Assembly: GCF_021869535.1 (NCBI RefSeq)
Contig: NW_026262712.1
Location: 115,568,001 to 115,632,000 of the forward strand
Length of the DNA stretch: 64,000 nt
DNA from: Mytilus californianus
Lineage: Eukaryota
Reading direction: 5' to 3'
The translations under genes and the position numbers were made by a program. Every line of letters starts with the position of its first letter. The first letter of the stretch is position 1. Below are positions 1-10,329 of the stretch, one piece after another. The notes beneath the pieces were generated by a model that had not been told where the DNA came from, searched no databases, and saw only the letters and a program-made list of their open reading frames with translations.

Positions 1-1046
1 GACTGACACCAAACACCAATCATTCCGGAATGATTGATATTGAATACATATATATATTTTCAATTATCATCAATTAAATTGAATTTTCATTTCGATCGAT
101 TATAAATGTAGTAATGAATAAGCTACTGTCACAGTACTGAATATAAAAAATAAGTTACTGTACAAATATATGTATAAAATTCAGCAGTACCGAATTTATC
201 AAAAGTACAACATTACAATTTTATCATGTAGCCGTTCAATACTGATTTACAAGAGGGTAGAAAAGTAAAAAGAGTGAGTAAATTCTTGGTAGTTTACACT
301 CAGAAAAATAACACAAGTTATTTACAACGCAGTCATGACGTTGCCCTTTACTCTGTATAGTCATTATATCTAAAAGGAAACACAACAGGACATGACATAA
401 AATATAATAGGTGTATTTCTAGAAGATGACGTGGTAATATAATTTGAAAAACCCATTCAAGACAAAACCACTAATTGTATTTTCTAGAAATTTCTATATC
501 TATAAATGCTGTTGTAAAATGACTACTCCCTTATATGCAGTGATTATGTTTTTCTTCAATATTATACTTGTTAAAAGTGCAATCACGTATTGGAAAACAA
601 GACTTCAAAAGAAAAACATTATCACTTATATAATTAATAAATTTGTTGGTAACAGCATAGATAGGATAAAACGCACTTATTTTGTTTACCAAATTTCTTG
701 AACTTTCTTTTATCTACACTCTTATGCTAGAAACGCTTCGTGCTGATGAAACCCTCAGTGAATGGTTCCATATTCATAGGGAGACACATTTTAACGGATG
801 ATCTAGTATTGGTAACAGGCCTAGGATAGACATGCATTTTATGTACACCGATTGTATATAGTCTGTAGAAAAAAATATTGAATAGAATAATAAAGAAACT
901 GTGTTTTTCGTTAGAGTTATCAAAAACATTCTAAAATAGTTTATTTTGCCGATCTTAAGACAATCAGAAAACAGAAAAAACATCATTTGAAATGTACAAC
1001 TCCGACGTTGTACGCACATAATTTTCGCAAAAATCTGAACTATATA

Positions 1047-1926
1047 TATAGATTCTACTACCGCATCGAGTGTGATACGATATTTATCCACTCGAGACAG
1101 TTAAATTTTCAGATTTAAAACGCGAGGCTCGCCGAGCGTTTTAAATATTTAAAATTTAACTGTCGAGAGTGGATAAATATTGTATCACACGAGATTTGGT
1201 GGTAGAATCTGTTTCTCTAATGATTTTCAAACAATAAGTAGGCAAACTTATTCCTTCCTTTCGAATGATCTACAAAAAGATGTGTTATTTCTATGTGACG
1301 TCATCAGGTATGGTCGCCTTTTTTCATGCCGTCACAATAGAAAATTTAGAGGAAAGCAAGAAAAATCGACGTCATAATCGGATTTAAACCAATGAAGAAC
1401 CGAGATCAAACGAACCACACGTTGATTAATTTTTTTTTTATACAATGGGTGCAGAAAGGGATAAATTGACAAAGAATTAGAGAAATATAGATTCTACCAC
1501 TGCATCGAGTGTGATACGATATTTATCCACTCGAGACAGTTAAATTTTCAAATTTAAAACGCGAGGCTCGCCGAGCGTTTTAAATATTTAAAATTTAACT
1601 GTCGAGAGTGGATAAATATCGTATTACACGAGATCTGGTGGTGGAATCTGTTTCTCTAATGATTTTCAAACAATACGCAGGCAAATTTATTCCTTCTTTT
1701 CGAATGATCTTCAAGAAGATGTGTTCTTTCTATGTGACGTCATCAGGCATGGTCGCCTTTTTTCATGCCGTCACAATAGGAAATTCAGAGGAAAGCAAGA
1801 AAATTCGACGTCATAATCGGATTTTAACCAATGAAGAACTGAGATCAAACGAACCACACGTTGATTAAATTTTTTTTATACAATGGGTGCAGAAAGGGAT
1901 AAATTGACGAAGAATTAGAGAAATAT
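1047..1926. repeat. Tandem dimer of a 439-bp element, each unit starting with a ~160-bp imperfect palindrome (foldback/MITE-like)
   Basis: GATTCTAC at 1051 and 1490; near-identical units. AGATTCTACTACC (1050-1062) pairs with GGTGGTAGAATCT (1198-1210) around the centre AAAACGCGAGGCTCGCCGAGCGTTTT. Confidence 0.9.
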
Positions 1927-2119
1927 TTTTATCTAATCAAAATAGATCTAAATCGTTTTTATTATTGATGTTAATAAAATCATACATTCTACATACTTTC
2001 ATTTAAAAACTTACACCTGCATTTTCCACCTAAAGTAAAAATGTTAGCAAAGGTGTACAGAAAATTGAACATTTTTGAAAATGACCATATCTCCACTACA
2101 ATGAGCACAACACATACAA

Positions 2120-2632
2120 CATAGTCAGCTATAAAAGGCCTCGGAATAACAAATGTAAATCAATTTAAACGAGAAAACTAATGGCCTGATTTATGTACAA
2201 AACAATCAACGAAAAACAAATATGATATACAGTAACATACGACAACCGCTGAATTACAGACTCCTGACTTGGGACAGGCACATACAGAATGTGGCGGGAT
2301 TAAACATGTGTGCGGGCATTCAACCCTCCCCTAACCTAGGACAGTGGTGTAACAGCACAACATATGAACAAACTATAGAAATCAATTGAAAAGAGCTTAG
2401 CTCATCAGATCGATACAAAGCAGAAACACAAGTAACAAAAAACACAAACAGGACGTGAAGTGGTATTTATACATCCCCACAACAAAAAAGACACTCAGTA
2501 CAGATATGAGAGTACTCGCAGTTACTGACAGCTGGTTCAAAGCCAATAACAACTAACAAACAAATCATGTATCTAAGACTCAAATATCAATCAGTACACA
2601 TCCAACATCCAATGTATTTAGTGTAAAGACAT
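2120..2632 (+). repeat. High-copy interspersed repeat (CAGCTATAAAAGGCC...GACAACC(A/G)CTGAATTACAG...CCTGACTTGGGACAGGC family)
   Basis: The same sequence recurs at ~18100-18490, 20930-21650, 22170-22340 (+) and 23270-23520, 46500-46650, 48600-49000, 53080-53250 (-). Short heads (AAGAAGATGTGGTATGA..GCCAATGAGACAACTCTCC) occur at ~15615, 39010 and 59740. Confidence 0.85.
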
Positions 2633-3059
2633 CATTAAGGGCATACGATACAGCTTTGATCCCACGGTGAATTTTTGGCGAAAGTTTGCATACAAACTAT
2701 TTTTTACTTAGTCAATTCAAATATGTAATAAAAATTTACCTTCATGAGCTACTTTTAGAGATAAATGGGGTCGAAGTATTAGCCATTTACTGGACATTTC
2801 GGTTTCTTGTACATTTCTATTCAATGGAAAGACACACTTAACTTTTTTGTTTCAAAAGATAAACGCAAGCGGAGTTTTTTTTAAAAACATCTGAAATATC
2901 TTCGCTACATAAGTGTTTTGAGTTTGTGTAACAATTTATGGAAATAATTCATTTTTATCATATGTTCATGATTTTAGTCAAAAAACGTCATTTTTGGCTG
3001 TACATTTATCTAATTGAAATGGTATCAGGTATCGGCAGATTGTAGAACAGTGAATGGGC

Positions 3060-3545
3060 ATATGTATATAATAATAATGTTTAGTTTGGTTTTTATTTGC
3101 TGATAACAAAATCAATATTTATATTAGTAAAACAATATTCAAAGATCTAATTACAGTGTTGAATTGGTAACACAATTGGGGCACAATTGGTTCCCATAGG
3201 AATACATACAACCTGTCAATAACTTCATTGCCGAAATTTATTTACCTTTTTTTAATTACAGAAGAAGGTTTTAATTTAGTTGTAGCAAATAAATGTTAAA
3301 TCTGATTTTTCAAACGACCATGTTATTGAATAGGAAAATATTTGTTTAATTAGATTGTGTGGAAGTGTAGTGTAAAGAGTCGGAAGTCAAAACTGCATGT
3401 CAACCGAATTAAAAGGACCATCAAAAGCACGTAATTAATCTAAAACATCCAAACTATTTTTTACACTCCATATTTAATTATATTTTTGAAAAAGCAAAGT
3501 GAAATCTACATTTTGGCAAAGTATAAGAAAAGTCTATCAGAGGAA
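3060..3545 (-). mobile_element. Degraded Penelope-like retroelement RT fragment
   Basis: The reverse strand of ~3181-3202 encodes GIPMGTN(C). ~3352-3392 gives a decayed FDFSTLYTTLPHNL-like motif. A similar relic lies at 41850-42240. Confidence 0.7.
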
Positions 3546-3714
3546 ATATATAGTGATGATCCACCTTAAGAATATCTGTACCACCACTATATTGTTGACT
3601 GCTTTGCTGGCTTGTACATAAACTAACTGCTTTACGATTACTTGAAGTTTGTTTCTTCGTCCGGAAATGGGCGCATTATGTGCCTTTTTAATAATTTCTG
3701 AACGTTTTTTCATT

Positions 3715-4110
3715 ATATAGGATACATGTATGACCTTTGCCTAACCAATAAATGATTTAATTCTCGTTATATATGATAAATGTATGACCTTTGCCTAACC
3801 AAGGACTCATTGTATATGATGAATGTATGACCATTGCCTACAATGAAATTTTGTTTTCATTATATATGATAAATGTATGACTTTTGTCTAACCAAGGAAC
3901 GATTTCTCACTACATATGATACATGTATGACCGTGGCATAACTCATTATATATGATACATATATGATCATAGCCTAATCAAACAATGATTTCTCATTAAA
4001 TATGATACATGTATGATCGTAGCCTAACTAAGCAATCAATGATTTCTAATTATATATATGATACATGTATGATCATAGCCTAACCAAGCAATGATTTCTC
4101 ATTATATATG
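3715..4110. repeat. Minisatellite, ~50-bp unit x ~8
   Basis: ATGATACATGTATGACC..GCCTAACCAAG..ATGATTTCTCATTATAT repeated with periods of 35-56 nt. Confidence 0.9.
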
Positions 4111-4450
4111 ACAGTCAGAAATTCTGTGGCAAAACAACTATCTTTTAAGCAGTGTGGTTACGGCGTATTAATGTTTTCGACATTTTTTTTTATGAGAGTC
4201 ACTTTTCTATTGCTCTCGTGTCATCGGTTTTCCCATTAGTATGATCAAAATATAGACATTGAATGTGGGAAGGAAGTTCTATCACGCGTATATAATATAC
4301 AAATATTACATGCGATTTTTCTACTTTTAGATACTAACTTAGAATAGACCCGAGAAAGTGTTTTCTTCCGGCCAGTTGATACTTATTTAATAACCTGAAC
4401 ACAATGCATGATCAATATTTTTTGTCAGTTTGCTAGCGGAGTCTACAGAT

Positions 4451-5275
4451 ATGAGTTCTAGTCATCATTCGGATAAGTGTAAAGGAATTACTCTGCTAAA
4501 TCGGAACGTCCATTCTGATAAAGAAAACGATGATTATGACGTCATATATCATGAAGCATCTGATGCTAATATGAATATCAGTGACGACAGATATGATGGA
4601 CACTACCAAGGCCTGGAGAAAAACAGAGGAGAGATGAACTATGACACCCTACAAACGTTAGACAAGAAAACAAAGGATAGAAGACTGTTCAGATGGAAAG
4701 TGTTGTCGGCCTCCCTCTTATAACTGTCATTAACACTAATTGGATGGACTCTTTATCTGTATTATGGATACTTTCCGAAAGATTATCATAAGAAGGGTTT
4801 TCCTTACGAAAATTGTACAATGAATGATTATTCTACCAATTCAGAAGCTTCACCGAATTATACCTGGTACAGAGCTGGATATAAACCGTGTCGTGAAGGC
4901 TGGAATTTTAATGATAAGTCTTGTGGATGTTATTTTATAAGTAATATATCATTGACATGGACCGACGCAAACGAATTCTGCAGACAAATGTCTTCTTGTC
5001 TGACTAACATTTTGTCTCGTGAAGATATGAACTGGATAGTAAATATTGCAAATGACTCTGCGTGGCTCGGTGGCAGTCAAAATGGCCAAGTGTATCAGTG
5101 GGAGTGTCAACAATACAACTATCATAAACAAATTAGTTCAAACTCACCACTTTGGGCCAATGGAGAGCCCAAACCAGGAAATACAACACAATGTGTTCAG
5201 ATTTGGAAGCTTCAGACAGGGTTCGGGTTAGACGACAACGACTGTAACTTATCAAAACGATTTGTTTGCAAATGA
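4451..5275 (+). pseudogene. Type II ITAM-bearing C-type lectin paralog with an in-frame nonsense codon (probable pseudogene)
   Basis: Colinear with 9120-9980. TAA at 4721-4723 replaces TTA (Leu) at the start of the TM helix; the frame stays open through the TM and a complete CTLD to TGA 5273-5275. The ITAM YQGL-x8-YDTL is retained at 4604-4651. Confidence 0.85.
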
Positions 5276-5689
5276 CTGGTGCCTTTAATCAAGTAAAGAA
5301 AGCGGGATATATTTGTCATATATATTAAGATATAAACAAGACTTTTGCAATTGTATACAGTTTTTTGTTTTGTTGTTGTCTAATTTTAAAATGAAAATTT
5401 AGAAAATTTTGGTTGTACTTAGATGAAAAAATGTGTACCCAGTGTACAATATTTGTTTTTTATTTTTGTAAAAGTACACTTAAGTATGAACTAATAAAAT
5501 TCTTAAATCCCAAAAGACGAGTTTCACAGTATATCTGGTAGCGGTCTAGTGGAATAGCAAGTAGCATTAATATAACATTATCATGAATGTACAGTTTTGT
5601 TACTGGCCGTTAAGCATCTATCAATCAATTAATCGATCAAATTCTAGGCCTAGGACTTTTGTCGATAAAATATTCATGAAGTTTGTATT

Positions 5690-7375
5690 CGAATGTGAAC
5701 TAAATTGTGCTTCTGTAAGATAAATTGATTCACAATGTGAAATTCTGATCGGGTGATGTTGGAACTTGAATTCGAAATGACATATGTAATGGATTTGATG
5801 TAACAATTGCATGTAATGACCCTAAGGGGGTTTTATGGATTAAACTGGAAAATAAAACCTGTGTACATAACGTTCTTAATGTCTGTGTTGTTTATCTGCC
5901 TCCCGAAAATTTCAAACGTGCAGTTAACGTCCATAAGAATACAAAAAAAAAATGACCATAGCACAATAACAAAGGAGGGATGTATAAATACCGAGCCACG
6001 CCAAAAGGATATTACCAAAAATGGACTAAACAGTAAAGGTTAGTAATTTACAAAGACAAATAAAAGAACAATATAACACGTAATGAAGTGATAAAAAACG
6101 TCAGTACCTATAATCCATACTTCAAGACCATCATGTATTATTTATGGAGTTGAAACGGAATATTTATCAACAAGGTCTTGGTATCTTCAAATGGACTTTT
6201 TTTAGAAAAAGGACGAGACGTTCTTTGACATAATCCGACTTCATCAACCTTCTGCCCAGACACTGGTGACGTTTTATAAAGAGTAGCAGCTGCAAGCTCT
6301 TGAATGAGTTGGGAAATGTATATCCAATAAGCAGGTGAAATTGGTATATTGCTGCTAAGGTGAGAAAAATTTATAATTTCAAATTTGAAATCGTCTCGTT
6401 TGTCATAGATTCTGGTACTGAGATGACCGCTTATGTCAAATTTGAGGTATAAGTCTAAAAAATTAGGCAGAGGAATTTGTTTCTGTTGTTTCTGGAGGAT
6501 ATATTAATGGAACCCAATCAGAAAAAGTTTGGATTGTTAATGGAAACAACATCATCAATATATCTGAATGTGAAATTAAATGATCTGGCTTCTTTGATCT
6601 TCTTGTTTTTGACAAGTGTCTGAAGGTACTCCGACTCATATGAAAATAAGAAGAGGTCGGCAAGGAGAGGCACACAGTTCGTTCCCATAGGAATACCGAT
6701 AATTTGTTGAAAAGTCTACCTCCAAATTCAACAAATATGTTGTCAATAAGAAACTCCAGCATACTGATCACTTGTTCATCTGTGTAGCATGATTTACCTT
6801 TTTGTTCACTAAACACAAAATATGCCGTATGGTATCCTAAATTAATAAATTTATAGCGTATGCTACCATTTTTATATTGAATGCATTTTGGATTATTTCT
6901 TGTAGACGATTTTTTAATTTCAAATGGGGAATAGTGGTATACATTGTTGAAAAATTAAAAGTTTTGATAAGATTAATTTCAGAGAAAGATCGAGATTTAA
7001 AATTATCCAGATATTCTTTAGCGTTTTTTAGAGTCCACATATGGTTAATACCACTACGCGAGTAAAGAGTTTCACAGTATTCTTCTATATTTTTGGCGAC
7101 TGGAATAGCAGATGTTAAGACTTTGCAGATTCAATCACTGGTATTGATAATCTTCCAGACAGACATTGTAGACTTTCAATATAACATTTATGAAAATTAT
7201 TTTGTGAATTTCTTACCTATGTGAGCTGTTGTATTTTAAATGGTAGAAACACACTATTTATGTATCAACTCGCGATTTAAGTGTCGTTGATTACTACGTA
7301 GTACCATAAGAAATGCTGGATATGTTCAAGCAATTTAAAGTCACAGGAACTAGTTTAATTATAGAGAAAATATTG
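5690..7375 (+). mobile_element. LINE endonuclease-region relic (5690-5943 and ~7080-7375), split by a Penelope-like insertion
   Basis: Both pieces align with the uninterrupted LINE relic at ~10330-10980 (e.g. GGCGACTGGAATAGC.GATGTT.AGACTTTGC.GATTCAATCACTGGTATTGATAATCTTCCAGACAGA at ~7096 and ~10666). Confidence 0.75.
5944..7075 (-). mobile_element. 5'-truncated, frameshifted Penelope-like retroelement (RT)
   Basis: The minus strand encodes TFNFSTMYTTIPHLKLKNRL and MLEFLIDNIFVEFGG, plus frameshifted IPMGTNCASLLADLFL/RYIDDVVS motifs. Its 3' part (6080-6310) is the reverse complement of 45380-45610. Confidence 0.85.
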
Positions 7376-7789
7376 CAGTACAACATCACACGAGGGTCTT
7401 AATGAGGGTCCTTCAATTTTCTCTATTCCTTATAAATTTTGCCTATTATTCTCATTTTTTTTATATTTAAGTGTCCCATTATTCTCTATTCTTTACTTTT
7501 TGGCCCATGTTTCTGTAGCATCCGCCCATTATTCTCTATTCAATAAACCCCATCCAGACCTTCTCACATCTAACATTTCTCTGAATCATTTCCTTATTGA
7601 CATTGTTTATCAATTTCCCTGTAGACATAGTTTACGTTGTGCTTTAAAAATTACTTACGAGGTCCTTCCTTTTAATTGCTCCTATCAATACTAATAAAAA
7701 GAGATGTGGAACATAAATCAACGATACAGATATAAATAAGCAAAAGACAGCTACAGGGTATCATAAAGGCTTCAATAATATACAATTTG

Positions 7790-8315
7790 TCTAGAAGATC
7801 TGTACATTATATCGACTGCGCTAGACTTAGCATCAACAGCGCTAGAATTTTAATAAATCTACAGCGCTAGACTTTACTTCACCAGCGCTTGACGTTTGAT
7901 CTACAGCGCTGGACTTTAGATCTTCAGCGATTGACTTTAAATCTTCAGCGCTGGATTTAAATCTTCAGGACAGGAATTTACATCACCAGCACTAGACGTT
8001 TGATCTACAGCACTGGCATTTACATCTCCAGCGATTGACTTAAAATCTCCAGCGCTGGACTTTACATCTACAGCGCTGATCTCTACAACAACATAGCTGA
8101 ACTTGTGATCTACAGCGCTGGAATTCACATCTGAAGCGATTGACTTAAAGTCTACAGCGCTAGACTTTAGATCTTGAACGCTGGTATTTATACCTACAAT
8201 GGACTTTACATCTTTCGCACTCGACTTGAGATCTACAGCGCTAGAATTAAGATATTCAGCGTTGGATTTTATAAAACAAAAATCTTTATTTGTTTGACAT
8301 CAACAAGGCTCCGTA
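7790..8315 (+). repeat. 21-bp minisatellite array (TCTACAGCGCTGGACTTTACA) ending in a conserved ...ATCAACAAGGCTCCGTAG terminus
   Basis: Clear 21-nt periodicity; the same terminus follows each of the three arrays in this window. Confidence 0.9.
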
Positions 8316-8414
8316 GATCAGTAATTTTAAAATTAACATAATTTAATGGGAAGTCAGTTATTTATTTATAGAAAAAGATATTTTGACCATTCTGTTTGCG
8401 AATTGACTTAAAAT

Positions 8415-8727
8415 ATTACATGTACTTTGACTTTAAATCTTCAGCGCTTGACTTTACATCTACAGCACCGGAATTCACATTTGCAGCACTGGAGTTTACA
8501 TCTTCAGCACTGGACTTTATATCTACAATGTACTTTACATCTCCAGCGCTCAACTTGGGATCTACAGCGCTAGAATTAGGATTTTCAGCGCTTGACTTTA
8601 GAACTGCTGCTCTGGATTTAAATCTTCAGCGCTGGACCTGGATCTTCAGTGCTTATTTTTAATCTACATCGCTTGACTTTATAAAACACAACTCCTTATC
8701 TGTTTGAGATCAATAGGGCTCCGTAGA
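8415..8727 (+). repeat. Second copy of the 21-bp array with the same terminus
   Basis: TCT(A/T)CAGCGCT(G/T)GACTTTA units followed by GAGATCAATAGGGCTCCGTAG. Confidence 0.85.
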
Positions 8728-9119
8728 AGAGCAATTTTAGCATAAACATAGAAATGGGTGACTGGCAAAATCTATAAATGTATTATGAATTTTCCGTTTT
8801 TGTATCTGTATGCAGTAATCTAAAGATTAACATGTAGAAATTTCTGTGTAACAAGTTTCTAAAACATTTATCTCGATGAATAATGAAAATGAGACTATCA
8901 TTTATCTGTATGAATATTTCAAAAAAACGAAAAAGAAGAAGAAGAAAATTCTATAACGCCTATGTAATGTACAAATATTGCATCGGATATTTCTACTTTA
9001 AAATATTTATTTAGAATAGTCCGAAGGAAGTGTTTTCTTCCTGTCAGTTGATTATACTTATTTAATAACATAATGCACAATTTATATATTTTGTCTGTTT
9101 GGTAGCGGAGTCAACAGAT

Positions 9120-9980
9120 ATGAGTTCTGCTTGTCACTCAGATAAGTGTAAAGGAATTACTCTACTAAATTTAAACGTCCATTCTGATGGAGAAAACGAT
9201 GATTATGACGTCATATATCCAGATGGGTCTGACGCTAATAGGGAGAAAGAGGAGAAAGCAAATAGCAGTGAAGACAGATATGATGGACACTACCAAGGCC
9301 TAGTGAAAAACAGAGAAGAGATGAACTATGCCACCCTACAAACGTTAGATAAGAAAACAACGGATCGAAGACTGTTCAGATGGAAAGTGTTGTCGGCCTC
9401 CCTCTTATTACTGTTATTAACACTAATTGTATGGACTCTATATCTGTATTTTGGATACTTTCCGACAAATTATAATAAGAAGGGTTTTCCTTACAACAAT
9501 TGTACAATGCATGTGAATTCTATTAATTTAGAAGCTTTATCCAAATATACCTGGTACAGAGCTGGATTTAAACCGTGTCGTGAAGGCTGGGTTTTTAAAG
9601 ATAAGTCTTTTGGATGTTATTATATTAGTAATACAACATTGGCATGGACCGACGCAAACAAATTCTGCAGAAACATGTCTTCTTGCCTGACTAACATTTT
9701 GTCTCTTGAAGATATAAACTGGATAGGACACCTCACAAATAACCACACGTGGGTCGGTGGTAATCAAAATGGCTACGTGTATCAATGGGAGTGTCAACAA
9801 TACAACTATCAAATGCAAATTAGTCCATATTCAGCACTTTGGGCCAGTGGAGAGCCCAGACCGGGTAATAAAGCACAATGTGTTCAGATTTGGAAGCTTG
9901 AGACAGGGTTCGGGTTAGATGACCATGACTGTAACCTACCAAAGCGATTTGTTTGCAAAGCAGTACCTTTATTCAAATAA
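9120..9980 (+). CDS. Intronless type II transmembrane C-type lectin receptor with a cytoplasmic ITAM (286 aa from ATG 9120)
   Basis: Single ORF: acidic cytoplasmic tail with YDVI and D-G-H-YQGL-x8-YATL (9291-9338), basic stretch RRLFRWK, TM VLSASLLLLLLTLIVWTLYLYFGYF, neck, and a long-form CTLD (PCREGW...GCY...AWTDANKFC...WVGG...LWASGEPRPGNKAQCVQ...LDDHDC...RFVCK). AATAAA at 10064-10069. Confidence 0.92.
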   Translation: MSSACHSDKCKGITLLNLNVHSDGENDDYDVIYPDGSDANREKEEKANSSEDRYDGHYQGLVKNREEMNYATLQTLDKKTTDRRLFRWKVLSASLLLLLLTLIVWTLYLYFGYFPTNYNKKGFPYNNCTMHVNSINLEALSKYTWYRAGFKPCREGWVFKDKSFGCYYISNTTLAWTDANKFCRNMSSCLTNILSLEDINWIGHLTNNHTWVGGNQNGYVYQWECQQYNYQMQISPYSALWASGEPRPGNKAQCVQIWKLETGFGLDDHDCNLPKRFVCKAVPLFK

Positions 9981-10329
9981 AGAAGGCGGAATATAATTGT
10001 CATATATATTAAGGTCCTTTACAACTGTATGTAGTTTTCAGGTTTGTTTTTGTAGAATTTTAAAATAAAAATGTAGAAAATTTGGTTTCTACTTAGATGA
10101 CAAATGTGTACCCCGTGTACAATATTTGTTTATGTTTGTAAAAGTACATTTAAGTATGAACTAATATCATTCTTTAATCCAAACAGACGAGTTTCACTGT
10201 ATAATTGGCTTAGCAGTCTAGTGCAATAGCAAGTTACATTAATATAACATTATCCTGAATGTACAGTTTTGTTACTGGCTGTTAAGGATATATCAATTAA
10301 TCGATGAAATTTCAGGCCTATGACTTTTG

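Noticed and set aside
774-1868. ORFs 774-1091, 1180-1377 and 1608-1868 with similar peptides on both strands
   Set aside because: By-products of the palindromic 439-bp repeat; no domain or splice support.
5273-5296. In-frame TGA followed by a conserved tail (and the TAA at 4721) as selenocysteine or programmed readthrough
   Set aside because: TAA cannot encode Sec, the paralog has ordinary codons at both sites, and I see no SECIS-like structure; simple mutation is sufficient.
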